From NCBI GenBank assembly GCA_964539775.1, contig CAZIKE010000005.1, forward strand, positions 1 through 63,255: DNA of 63,255 nucleotides, given 5' to 3'. The first letter of the stretch is position 1, and every line of letters begins with the position of its first letter. Source of the DNA: an uncultured Chitinophagales bacterium (GTDB lineage Bacteria; Bacteroidota; Ignavibacteria; UBA10030; UBA6906). Of the stretch, positions 1-9,631 are shown piece after piece. The translations under genes were made by a program, and so were the position numbers. The notes beneath the pieces were generated by a model. It was not told the origin of the DNA. It searched no databases and saw nothing but the letters and a program-made list of their open reading frames with translations.

Positions 1-4
1 GATA

Positions 5-1753
5 CTATTTGGTCAGGAGCATTTTCTTTGTGGCCGTGAAGCTCCCTGCTCTGAGCGTGTAGTAGTACACGCCGCTGGCAAGCGCCGGTGCGTAGAATTC
101 CGCGTCGTACGTCCCTGCCGTGCGATAGTCGTTTACGAGTGTCGCCACTTCCTGTCCGAGCGTGTTGTACACCTTCAGCGTCACATCGGTTCCTACCGGC
201 ACACTGTAGCGTATCGTCGTCGCTGGGTTAAACGGGTTGGGGTAGTTTTGCTCGAGCTTGAAGTCAGATGGAAGAGCGTTCCCCTGGCGTACATCCGTGA
301 TGATCGATGTCTTCAAGAACACCTGTCGGGTGCGTCGCGCTATCGTCCCGGGATCCCCAATAATAAAGCCGCCTGCTTCGGGATCTTCCTGCCACACCAG
401 GTTTACCATTCCCGGCTCATTGTAAGGGGAAACAGAAACAAAACGCTCATCAATTCCTCTTGTGTTTGTGATCCGCCGCGGATTCGACCATGACACGCCG
501 CCGTTCGTCGAGTACACCAAGAAGATATCGCTGCAGTTATACCCGTTGGCCGACGTGTCGTTGTTCATCATCGCATGATACGCAATCACGATCGTGTTGC
601 CCGACATGCCAATGGACGGCATGTCCAGAGTTGTTGTGTTGAATGTTGCGCGATTCTCAAACGGCGTCACGTTGGGTGTGTTGACCTTCGATGCCGCAAC
701 AACGATTCCGGTGGCCTGACTCCAGAAGGAAATCTGCGCGCTGTCGGTTGGTGCATTTGCCCCGCCATTGAGTTCCCCAAAAGCGACGAGCAGGTTGTTT
801 CCATTATAGACGCAATCGCTGCCGAGAGTATGGTAGAACGTGTCCGGCCCGACGACGCGTCCGTCTATCATAAAGCGCGTTCCCTGAGATGGCCATGAGG
901 CTCCATTGTTGGTCGATTCGAGGTAGTAAAGTCCATCATCAACCGCAGCAAACGATGGATTGAGTATGATGGCAACGCGTCCGGTTCCATTGGCTTTTGC
1001 GACCAACCCTGCGGAGGCTGCCGGCACAGTCGTCCCCCAAGCAGCCCATGTCGTAAAGTCAGTGGTTCGGGTGTAGTGCCCGGTATTTGCTCCGGATTTC
1101 GATGCGGACATTACAATTGACCCGTCGGCCGCTCCGGCAACATCCGGCCATATCGGCTCATCTGCGCCCCCGAGAATCGGAGGCGGTGTCAGTTCGGCGA
1201 ATGCGCCGGTACCGGGCGGCGAGTCCACAAAAACGATCGACTGTAAGTCGGTTGAGACAACGTTGTGGTTTGCGACGATTGTCCCTTGCGTTGTACCCTG
1301 AAGCATGTCCAGCGATGGGAAGCCGGCCCGGCGGGTTGGCACCTCAAGGCCGTCTGTCGTGCCAAACCGATTCCAACTCACACCACCGTTGCTGGAATAG
1401 GAGTAGTACACTCTCCTTGTGGGACCGGTGGGTGCCGCCGAATCGGGCGCACCCATGTACACCACGTGAATCTTGCTACCGGTTGCATCAGATGGATCAA
1501 CACGGACGTACTGACACGCTCCCGCATTTAACTGATAGTCATAGAATCCACTCAGTCCCGTGTATACGCCGGCCGCCGGGCGCATCGATGAGAAATCGGG
1601 TGGCGGTTCTGTTCGGGTATCTCTGTTCGAAGAAATAGCGAGTTCATCCGGCAATCGCACTTCTGCAAACTTCTTCTTCGCGTTGCTACCGGCAGCCGCC
1701 GACAGGGCAAAGATACAGATGGCAGTAAATACTGCAAGGAAGCGGGTACCCAT
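5..1753 (-). CDS. Secreted protein with Asp-box/BNR repeats and C-terminal T9SS type A sorting domain
   Basis: Start trimmed to ATG at 1753 (MGTRFLAVF..., signal-peptide-like, GAGGAG SD upstream). Three SxNG/NNGxSW Asp-box motifs (SSNGGVSW, STNNGASW, STNGGVSW). C-terminal LEQNYPNPFNPATTIRY...LASGVYYYTLRAGSFTATKKMLLTK is typical of the Por secretion tail. Confidence 0.85.
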   Translation of the reverse strand: MGTRFLAVFTAICIFALSAAAGSNAKKKFAEVRLPDELAISSNRDTRTEPPPDFSSMRPAAGVYTGLSGFYDYQLNAGACQYVRVDPSDATGSKIHVVYMGAPDSAAPTGPTRRVYYSYSSNGGVSWNRFGTTDGLEVPTRRAGFPSLDMLQGTTQGTIVANHNVVSTDLQSIVFVDSPPGTGAFAELTPPPILGGADEPIWPDVAGAADGSIVMSASKSGANTGHYTRTTDFTTWAAWGTTVPAASAGLVAKANGTGRVAIILNPSFAAVDDGLYYLESTNNGASWPSQGTRFMIDGRVVGPDTFYHTLGSDCVYNGNNLLVAFGELNGGANAPTDSAQISFWSQATGIVVAASKVNTPNVTPFENRATFNTTTLDMPSIGMSGNTIVIAYHAMMNNDTSANGYNCSDIFLVYSTNGGVSWSNPRRITNTRGIDERFVSVSPYNEPGMVNLVWQEDPEAGGFIIGDPGTIARRTRQVFLKTSIITDVRQGNALPSDFKLEQNYPNPFNPATTIRYSVPVGTDVTLKVYNTLGQEVATLVNDYRTAGTYDAEFYAPALASGVYYYTLRAGSFTATKKMLLTK

Positions 1754-1861
1754 GGCAGGTCTCCTCGGATTTGTGAAGTAGATAAAAAGACGTGCGTGCG
1801 CACTTCCGACCAGTACCGAAAAGGAGCGGCTCTGTCGCTCTGCAGAGTCAAGAAACAACAT

Positions 1862-1908
1862 TGCGTAACGAACTCCGGAAGTGACCGGCTTCCGAAGTCC
1901 GTTACGCA
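1862..1908 (-). terminator. Long imperfect hairpin downstream of the PorV-family gene (terminator or processing/stability element)
   Basis: TGCGTAACG (1862-1870) pairs with CGTTACGCA (1900-1908), with an inner GGAAG/CTTCC stem. Followed on the minus strand by ATGTTGTTTCTT. Confidence 0.5.
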
Positions 1909-1934
1909 GGCTTACGAACGTCGTGTCACCGCCC

Positions 1935-3017
1935 CTAGAATCCCAGACCGACGGTAAACACGTGGTTGTTCTCGAGGAACTTCACCGAGCGATACGCATA
2001 GTCGAACGACACATCCAGCGTGCCGAGCGTGTACTTCACGCCCGCTCCGGCCGTGAAACCGAAGATGTGGGTAGTCTTGTCGAAGGACGCGCTCGTCTTC
2101 ATGCCGGCGTTCTCTTTGATCTCGGCGAAGTTATATCCACCACGCACAAAGAAGAGGTTGGCGTAGTTGTACTCCAGACCCACCTTGTATTCATCGGCGG
2201 AGAAGTTGTTGTTCTGGAAGACACCCGAGAGCGAGACGAAGTTATCGTCGGTAACGGTGTAGTTGTACGCAAGGCCGATTTCAATCGTCGAGGGCAGCTC
2301 AAAGGAGGCAGCTTCCACCTTGTAGAAGGTACCCGGGCGAAGGACGTCAATCACGTTGCCCGTGCGCAACAACCCGTCGCCGTCGAATTTCATCTGCGGT
2401 CCGATGTTCTTCACCACCACGCCCAAGCTCAGACCGTTCACGTTTGCCAGGCCGCTATACTGCACACCGGCGTTGAACGCGAAGCCCGTCGCCGAGACGC
2501 GGTCGAACCGCTCGCTGATGAGGGTGAAGGTAGCACCGACGGAGATACGGTCGGTCAGCATCCGGGAGTACGTCAACCCTAAATTCACGATCGTCGGGTT
2601 GATGATGGCCCCGGTACCGTCGGGATTGTCCTCGTCGGTGACGGCAATGTCACCGACGCCGACGGACTTGATGCTGAGGCCTAACGTGCCGAAGCTTTCG
2701 AATGTTCCGCTGACGGCCACGTACTCGATACCGATGTCGGCAATGTAGTTCATATGCGAGAACATGGCGTTTGCGGAGTTCTTGGTGCGTGCCAGGCCTG
2801 CAGGGTTCCAGAAGATTGCATCCAGACCGCTGGAGGTGGCAACGGAGGCGCCGCCCATGGCGATGTCCCGAGCCCCCACCGGAATGAGGAGCTCGGATGC
2901 GGCGTTCGTCCCAACGCGGTTCTCACCACCCGCGTACGACGCCAGTGGCGCAGCGAGGACGAGGATGAGAAGCGCCACAGCCATGATGCTCATCCTGAAA
3001 AGTGCTTGCTGTTTCAT
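1935..3017 (-). CDS. PorV/PorQ-family outer-membrane beta-barrel protein
   Basis: Signal peptide, then LLIPVGARDIAMGGA and DAIFWNPAGLA motifs typical of the PorV/PorQ (FadL-like) family. Alternating amphipathic strands and C-terminal aromatic residue (..TVGLGF). Confidence 0.85.
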   Translation of the reverse strand: MKQQALFRMSIMAVALLILVLAAPLASYAGGENRVGTNAASELLIPVGARDIAMGGASVATSSGLDAIFWNPAGLARTKNSANAMFSHMNYIADIGIEYVAVSGTFESFGTLGLSIKSVGVGDIAVTDEDNPDGTGAIINPTIVNLGLTYSRMLTDRISVGATFTLISERFDRVSATGFAFNAGVQYSGLANVNGLSLGVVVKNIGPQMKFDGDGLLRTGNVIDVLRPGTFYKVEAASFELPSTIEIGLAYNYTVTDDNFVSLSGVFQNNNFSADEYKVGLEYNYANLFFVRGGYNFAEIKENAGMKTSASFDKTTHIFGFTAGAGVKYTLGTLDVSFDYAYRSVKFLENNHVFTVGLGF

Positions 3018-3041
3018 TTGCTTCTCCTTTCCAAATTTGAA

Positions 3042-6000
3042 TTAGAAGTTATCGAGGAATTGCTGTTCCTGGATAACGATCAGTTTCAACGTCTTCGTTA
3101 CGCCCAAGTCCGGCATGTTGATGTAGGCAATGTACACGCCGCTGGCAACGGGCAGCCCGTTGTTATTCTTGAGGTCCCAGTTCTGGTATTGCCCGTTGCG
3201 CTGTCGCGGAGCAGGCGAGGTCTCATCGAACGAGGCCACCAACGCTCCAGCGAGGTTGAAGATTCTGATCTCCGCCCGTGGCGGCAAGTGGTTGAACGTG
3301 ACGAACCGCTGGTTGCGCGACGTCTCCGCGCGGTTGAAGCCGTAGTACGGATTCGGGAAGACGTTGATCTTCGTAACGTCAGCCTTCGCGTTCGAGGCGC
3401 TGTATGTGGGGCCAGCGGGCGCCGTGAACTCGAACTTGTCGTTCTCTGTAATGACGCGATTGGGCGAGACAAGAATCGTACTCTGCGGAATGTCTGCAGT
3501 GTTGCCGGTAGCGTTCATCCACTCCGCAATCATCATGTACTGCTTGTCGCGCGCAACGCTACTGTTGATACCGAAGCCCTGTATGTTGTTGTTTGAACTC
3601 CCGTATGTCGTTCCATACGTGAAGGTCGTAGGATTGTCGCCATCATACGTTGTAGTGGTGACAAAGATGATTTCCAGGTTTCCGGGGGCCTGGGACGAAG
3701 CACCAACGTCCCACACACCATTCAAGTTCTGATCGCGCCATCCACAGTTGAGTTGGCGAGGCTGGGCTGGATTGGACACATCCCATACCTGGAAGGGCAC
3801 GTCGACGTAATTCAGGAACTTGTACCTGGAACCCGATTCCGTGCCGCTGAGGACAGCTCGAGTGTACCGATACGCCTTCTGTGTCCTTCCGGGGCCGAAG
3901 CGAAATTCGACGTCCAGATACTTATCTGGTGGCACACCGGGTCCTACTGCTCCCAAGTAAAGGACACTAACATCATACGCTGTTGTCGCCTGACTGCGCA
4001 GAACAGAGGTGGACGATGAATACCGACCGCCTCCTCTCAGCCAGTTCGTACCCTCGATAAACCTGCTACGATCCTCATTCAACTGCGGCGGTGGCCCTTG
4101 GACCGAGAGATACATGCCATCGATAATCGGGTAGTTGAACGGACTTCCGAAGATCGGAGGCACTTCGGGATCCAAGTTGTGCGTCCCCGGATCGATGGGT
4201 ACCGTAGGGCCCTGGTTCACGCTCCTATACAGCGTATCGGTACCACCTCGGATCAGGTACCAGTTGAGCTGGTCTATCGTGACGGTATCATAGTCCCCAT
4301 TGCTGTCAGGTCCATAGTAGAACGTCGTGGGGATATTCTTGAACGCCACCTGGTATGTCTTGCCTGTAAGGGCGGTCGGGTCAACAATGCGCGGCGAGGC
4401 ACCGCCATCGGTCTTTACAATGTTCGGATTGAGATTGGTAGGCGTAATCTCATCCCCATAGGCCGCCGATAAACGATACCCCGGATCGGGCGTCTGCGGC
4501 ACAATGGTGAGCACCTGCATCGAAGACTCCAACGCATGCGTCAGCGCTTGATCGCTGGGGTTGTACCCATAGGCCGTAACGGCAAAGTAGTATTTCTGCC
4601 CATTCACGAGAGGCAACTGGCGAATTGCATCCGACTCGATAACCATCTCGCGTTGGATGCCGCTGTCGGTACCTCGCTGCTTCACGACCGTGACGATGAT
4701 GCCCAACGATACGTCGAAGATGTTGTCATAGATTGTGCGAACACCGTTACCTTCGAGATCAAACGTGGCAAGCCTGACCGCCTGATCGAAGCTGGGGCTG
4801 GCCGTCGGAAGTTGATACACGTTGTAGCCTTCAAACTTGTATCCTTTCCTATCGAACTCTTCGGTTGCTCTTACAGCAGCGAGGTCGGAGCCCCAATCGA
4901 GGACGATCTGCTTATTGAGAGCAATACCCTTCACCTTTGGGGCCGGTGGCGCTTTCGGCAGATCGAAGAGGTCGTTGTAAGCATTCTGCACGGCAACGTC
5001 GTTATTCTTCATCACCGCCACGCTGCTAATATAGTCAGCGCCGATACCGGCCACAACGCCGACGACGATCTCTTGCGTGTCGCCGAGAGCCATCGTGAAC
5101 GGTCCGGAGCAGGCACCGATACGGCGATCACTGGGCTGGTCCACTGCGCCATCAAGTCGGCCGGTTCCTGCCACAGGGTCACCATCCAGCCAGAACTTTG
5201 TTGGACCAAGCTGTGGAAAACGGGGATGAACGAATGGCGTTCCATCAACAGGCGTCAGGCCCCGCAACAGATTATACCACTGAATGGTCCCCTGGCGGGT
5301 AAACGGCGGGTCGGAATACGTGCCACCGGCAGCAAAATAGAACGCTGCAGTCATCGGGAGATTCTTCTTGCCATAGACGCGCTTGAGACCGAACACTGCA
5401 CTATCTGTGGGGGCACCGGGAACGATCGGTCCTTGCAGGAAGTCATACCCAACCGCCGGCGGCTTCAGTCCGAACTTCGCATACTCGTTATCGACAGCGT
5501 CGCCGTTGTAGACGTAGACCAAGCTGAGCGTGGTATCGCAACCGGCGAAGTCGTCAGAGTAATCTCCCAGGTCCGGATCCGACCATTGGCCGACGTACAT
5601 GTCTGTAATGGTCGAGCCGGGAATCGAGGTCGCTGTCCCTTTGTAAATGAACGTGAACTTCTTGAAGTACACATTGGCCAAGGGATCGGTACGGTTGTAC
5701 CCCCAGAGCGTTACTTGCAACTCCAATCCTATGGGATTCGATCCATAGAGAGCGTTGGTCTTACCCGGGTTCAGGTCATTGCACACGAACCAAATAACCT
5801 GGTCTGCGTCGGCAATGCCTGGCTCATCGGCGTGCTTTGCAGGGTCGAACGTCTCGCCGATGCCGGGACGCAACTTCGGGGTGCCGTCGGCATTGAACGC
5901 CGGATTGTACTGCCCGTTACCATCAACATCGTAGAACGGTGCACCCTGCGTTGCAGGCCATTCTCTCCAGTCGGTCTCGTACTGGGCACGCACCGTCGCA

Positions 6001-6512
6001 ATATCACCGTCGGTAACGGCTGAGAGACCCTTTTCGAAGAATTCCGCCGCATCCTGTTTCAGATCGGCTGTTTTGAAGTCACGGCGGATCCGGTAGATCC
6101 TCACATCCGGATCGGTCGGCTGTGCGGCAACCCCGCGCGAAATGATGCGACCAGCGACGGTACCGATGCTATAGGTTTGCCCGCCGACACGCAGCACTTG
6201 CGAGCCGCCGTCATTCACGTTACCACCCCACACGATGCCATCCTGAAAGATCGCCGTCGATGTCCCGCGGGGATAGTACACACCCGAGTTCCCGGAGGAA
6301 GGAACACGGGCTGACCAACCGTCATTACGGATCCAGCCGGCGATATTGTTGATGTTGATAAGCGTTGACACCGGCTCACCCGTCGGCTTGCGCAGACTGC
6401 TGGTCTGCGCAGGCCTTCCCGATCGATCGCTCGCACTCGCCACTCCTGCAATGCTGAAGACCAGGAGGCCGGCAAAGACTACGCCTGCGATCGCGTGTGT
6501 TCGTTTACTCAT
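3042..6512 (-). CDS. Large secreted protein of unknown function with Fn3-like segment and T9SS-like/FlgD-Ig C-terminal domain
   Basis: Start probably ATG at 6512 (MSKRTHAIAGVVF..., signal peptide). Fn3-like PPAPKVKGIALNKQIVLDW..FEGYNVY. DxDGNG-type motifs. C-terminal INVFPNPY...IRIFNLAG...WDLKNNNGLPVASGVYI. Confidence 0.8.
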   Translation of the reverse strand: MSKRTHAIAGVVFAGLLVFSIAGVASASDRSGRPAQTSSLRKPTGEPVSTLININNIAGWIRNDGWSARVPSSGNSGVYYPRGTSTAIFQDGIVWGGNVNDGGSQVLRVGGQTYSIGTVAGRIISRGVAAQPTDPDVRIYRIRRDFKTADLKQDAAEFFEKGLSAVTDGDIATVRAQYETDWREWPATQGAPFYDVDGNGQYNPAFNADGTPKLRPGIGETFDPAKHADEPGIADADQVIWFVCNDLNPGKTNALYGSNPIGLELQVTLWGYNRTDPLANVYFKKFTFIYKGTATSIPGSTITDMYVGQWSDPDLGDYSDDFAGCDTTLSLVYVYNGDAVDNEYAKFGLKPPAVGYDFLQGPIVPGAPTDSAVFGLKRVYGKKNLPMTAAFYFAAGGTYSDPPFTRQGTIQWYNLLRGLTPVDGTPFVHPRFPQLGPTKFWLDGDPVAGTGRLDGAVDQPSDRRIGACSGPFTMALGDTQEIVVGVVAGIGADYISSVAVMKNNDVAVQNAYNDLFDLPKAPPAPKVKGIALNKQIVLDWGSDLAAVRATEEFDRKGYKFEGYNVYQLPTASPSFDQAVRLATFDLEGNGVRTIYDNIFDVSLGIIVTVVKQRGTDSGIQREMVIESDAIRQLPLVNGQKYYFAVTAYGYNPSDQALTHALESSMQVLTIVPQTPDPGYRLSAAYGDEITPTNLNPNIVKTDGGASPRIVDPTALTGKTYQVAFKNIPTTFYYGPDSNGDYDTVTIDQLNWYLIRGGTDTLYRSVNQGPTVPIDPGTHNLDPEVPPIFGSPFNYPIIDGMYLSVQGPPPQLNEDRSRFIEGTNWLRGGGRYSSSTSVLRSQATTAYDVSVLYLGAVGPGVPPDKYLDVEFRFGPGRTQKAYRYTRAVLSGTESGSRYKFLNYVDVPFQVWDVSNPAQPRQLNCGWRDQNLNGVWDVGASSQAPGNLEIIFVTTTTYDGDNPTTFTYGTTYGSSNNNIQGFGINSSVARDKQYMMIAEWMNATGNTADIPQSTILVSPNRVITENDKFEFTAPAGPTYSASNAKADVTKINVFPNPYYGFNRAETSRNQRFVTFNHLPPRAEIRIFNLAGALVASFDETSPAPRQRNGQYQNWDLKNNNGLPVASGVYIAYINMPDLGVTKTLKLIVIQEQQFLDNF

Positions 6513-6557
6513 GGCAGTCACCCATTAATGTTGATGAATGATACGTACCCGTTTCCC

Positions 6558-9500
6558 TTAATACGTGATGTACAATCCGAACCGAACTTGCCGCGGAGGA
6601 CCGAACAGATCGCCGCCACCAAATTCGTTGTTCGGGTCGAGCTGGTTGGCCCAGTAATGCTGCCGGTTCTGCAGGTTGATTGCCCGATACAGGTCGACGT
6701 AACGCGGCCCGTTGTTGGCAATGATTGCCCTGCTCAAGTTCGGATTGCTCAGGAAGCCGTCGTCCTCTGCGTTGCCGGTACGGCTGTAGACATTGTACAC
6801 GTTCTTGGTGTCGAGCAGGTTCTGCACGTACACATAAAAATTCACATCGAACAAGCCGGCGATGTTCACCGTCTTGTCAATGCGCAGATCGAGCTGGAAC
6901 ACCCAGGGTGTAGTCGAGGAGTTGAGTGCGCCTTCCGGCCGACGTGGACGCGGATCGTCGTCAGCCAGAATGCCCGCTTCCTCCGGACCGCGTTGCCCGC
7001 CACCGCTGTTGAACAAGGCCTTTGTGTAAGCATGACCGCTATTGAATGTGAAGAGCAGATTGGCGCCCAACCGTTCGAGGATCGGCCCACCATCATCCTT
7101 GCCGAAACGGTAATCAAGATTGACGGAGCCACGGTGCGTCTGGTTGAACTGCAGCGGCGAAATAATCAGCGGACGCTCGGGACCTGCTTGAACGGACGAA
7201 ACCGTTGTGCTTCGGCTGGAACCCGTACCCTGAGCATCGGAGAGCGTGTAGTTCACTGCAGCCTGAACACGATTGGTCCGGCGCAAGCGAACAGTCAACT
7301 CGACACCTTTCGTCGTCGCATAGTCTCCATTCACAAGAACATTGTAGGTTGCCGGTGATGCAACAACAGCCTCGTACTGAATCTGTCCTTTGATATCCTT
7401 GTAGAACGTCGTGATATCAAAGGATGCATTGTCGGTGAACTGCTGGGTGAAACCGATCTCATACTGTGTCGTACGAATCGGCTCAAGCGCCAGACCGACC
7501 GGGTTCGGGATGAAGTTGCGGCCCGACAGGAACAGTGCAAAGCGCGAGGTGCTTGTGTAGATATTGTCGAGCTGAGGCGCCTGCACGAACTTGCCGTATT
7601 GCACATGGAACACCGTCCGGTCCGTCACAGGGAAGGAGAAGCCCAAACGAGGGCTGACAGTCTTAAACGAGCCGACCTTCTCTGTCCCATTTTCGAAAAG
7701 TGTGAAATTCGCCTGGTCGTACGGAGGCCTGCTCGGATTTTTGAAGCGATACTGATCCATGTCGAATGAATCAAACCGCAAGCCTGCGTTGATCACGAGG
7801 TCGTTCACTTCGAACTTGTCTTGAATGTATGCCGAGATGAACTTCGGTTCTCGTGCACGGTCCAGTCCGCCACCATCATACTCATTCCCATAGATGTCGT
7901 AACCGTAGTTGCTTGGTATACCGGTGGAGCGCCACAACAGATCACGCTCGGCTCCTCCGTTGCGCGCAGCATCGGGATTCGAGAGCAATTGGATCAGCAG
8001 GGACTGCAAGCTGCCGATGGCATAGTTGCGAATCTTGTACTGGCGATAGGAGAAACCTGCCTTCAGTTCATGCTCGGTCAGTTGGTGGGTAACGTCGATT
8101 TGACCGCTATAGTAGTACTGCTTCCTCTTGGTGTACCCACCCATCAACGCGCCCGGGCGCGTGAAGGGGAAGCCGTTCGTACGCAGGTCGCGCGGCGACT
8201 CCCAGCGGCTGAAGTAGGTGGGCAAACCAGCCCGGACTGCAGCCACGCTATCCCCATACTTCATATAGTCATCCTTGAACACCGGGTCAAACCGCTTGAA
8301 TCGCGAATCCCAGTAGCTGAAGGTCAGGTCGTAATATGTTTGCGGCTGGATGAAGTGGGTGAGCTTGGCACTGTACAGGCCCGTGCTCGCCTCCTCATTC
8401 AGCAACCGTTGCTGGTTGAAGATGTTACGGATCGGGGTCGGATTGAAAAGCCCCTTGGAAAGGTTCAATGATGCACTCAGTCGCACGATGAACGGATTGT
8501 AATCGAACGTGAGTGTACCGTTCCCCGCCCAATACTGCAGCTTTCTGCCCGGAACATTTCCCGGCAACACAACGAGGTCGATCGTATCCGGTGCGGGCAG
8601 GCCGAAGTAGGGACTGTTCGGGTCGGTTACAATCGGGTTGTTCGGGTTACGATTGCTGCCCGCCACGTCCTCCACGAGGTCGTCGAACCGGAAGCCGCTC
8701 CAGAAGGCGGCTGTCGGGTCGGCTTGGAACGTGTTCTGTCCTGCGAGGAAGAACTTGATATTGTCTGTGATCGGACCGGAGAACGTCGCCGCATAATCCG
8801 TGTAGCCGTAGCTGTAGCCGCCAAGGAAGCTCTTTCCCCGCGATGTGAAGTCATCAGACTCCGCACGCAGCGAGGCAGAGTATGTGCTGCCGCCGCTCTT
8901 CAGTTGCTGGCGGACGATGCCGGCGTTTGCACCTCCGAATTCGGCGTTATAGCCACCGGCTTGCACCTGGAATTCCTCGAGCGCTTCGGGCACAATCTGT
9001 ATCGCCTGGCGGTTTGTGCGTGCATCACGAGCATCGGCACCATCGATATAGTAGCCAACTTCATCGAGGCGACCGCCGCGGATGAACAACTCACCGCCCT
9101 GCTGCACAATACCCGCCTGCAGCGCAACGACTGCACCCACACCACGCACAGGGATGTTTGCAAGCTCGTCCCCGCTCACAATGCGCACGGCGTTCGTCGC
9201 GCTCTTGTTCACCAGCGGACGCTCGGCAGTGATTTCGATGGCACCGATTTGAACCGCTTCAGGAGCCAGCGAGAAGTTTAACTCGGTCGTCAGGTCGGCG
9301 CTCACGCGCACATTGGATACAACCGTCGGCGCATAGCCGACGAAGCTTGCTCTGACAGAGTAGACGCCGACGGGTACATTGAGAATCGTGTACTCGCCGT
9401 CCACGTCGGTACGGGCACCGTAGCTCGTTCCCTCGACCGCCACGTTGGCGCCCACCAACACTTCCTTGGTTTCTCTGTCGATCACCTTCCCTCTGATTTT

Positions 9501-9572
9501 GCCGGTCACGGCTGCATACAGAAGCGCCGGCAAGAGCAGCAGAGAGAGGATTGCAACGAACTTCTTACTCAT
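6558..9572 (-). CDS. TonB-dependent receptor with N-terminal carboxypeptidase-regulatory-like domain
   Basis: Start ATG at 9572 with GGAGG SD. N-terminal GKIRGKVIDRETKEVLVGANV domain, plug motifs (FIRGGRLDEVGYYIDG; GGYNAEFGGANAGIV), ~1000 aa barrel, C-terminal PRQVRFGLYITY. Confidence 0.93.
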   Translation of the reverse strand: MSKKFVAILSLLLLPALLYAAVTGKIRGKVIDRETKEVLVGANVAVEGTSYGARTDVDGEYTILNVPVGVYSVRASFVGYAPTVVSNVRVSADLTTELNFSLAPEAVQIGAIEITAERPLVNKSATNAVRIVSGDELANIPVRGVGAVVALQAGIVQQGGELFIRGGRLDEVGYYIDGADARDARTNRQAIQIVPEALEEFQVQAGGYNAEFGGANAGIVRQQLKSGGSTYSASLRAESDDFTSRGKSFLGGYSYGYTDYAATFSGPITDNIKFFLAGQNTFQADPTAAFWSGFRFDDLVEDVAGSNRNPNNPIVTDPNSPYFGLPAPDTIDLVVLPGNVPGRKLQYWAGNGTLTFDYNPFIVRLSASLNLSKGLFNPTPIRNIFNQQRLLNEEASTGLYSAKLTHFIQPQTYYDLTFSYWDSRFKRFDPVFKDDYMKYGDSVAAVRAGLPTYFSRWESPRDLRTNGFPFTRPGALMGGYTKRKQYYYSGQIDVTHQLTEHELKAGFSYRQYKIRNYAIGSLQSLLIQLLSNPDAARNGGAERDLLWRSTGIPSNYGYDIYGNEYDGGGLDRAREPKFISAYIQDKFEVNDLVINAGLRFDSFDMDQYRFKNPSRPPYDQANFTLFENGTEKVGSFKTVSPRLGFSFPVTDRTVFHVQYGKFVQAPQLDNIYTSTSRFALFLSGRNFIPNPVGLALEPIRTTQYEIGFTQQFTDNASFDITTFYKDIKGQIQYEAVVASPATYNVLVNGDYATTKGVELTVRLRRTNRVQAAVNYTLSDAQGTGSSRSTTVSSVQAGPERPLIISPLQFNQTHRGSVNLDYRFGKDDGGPILERLGANLLFTFNSGHAYTKALFNSGGGQRGPEEAGILADDDPRPRRPEGALNSSTTPWVFQLDLRIDKTVNIAGLFDVNFYVYVQNLLDTKNVYNVYSRTGNAEDDGFLSNPNLSRAIIANNGPRYVDLYRAINLQNRQHYWANQLDPNNEFGGGDLFGPPRQVRFGLYITY

Positions 9573-9631
9573 AGTATCCTCCAATGAATTTGGGGCTTGT
9601 TATGTTTGAATTCGACATCATGAAAGAACCG

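Noticed and set aside
4536-6023. 495-aa plus-strand ORF, and similar long antisense ORFs at 7821-8471, 17499-18704, 20183-21502, 32438-34285, 36645-38387, 41406-42974 and 49544-50731
   Set aside because: Each lies wholly opposite a well-supported gene and has no recognisable motif. Long antisense frames are expected from codon bias in GC-rich coding DNA.
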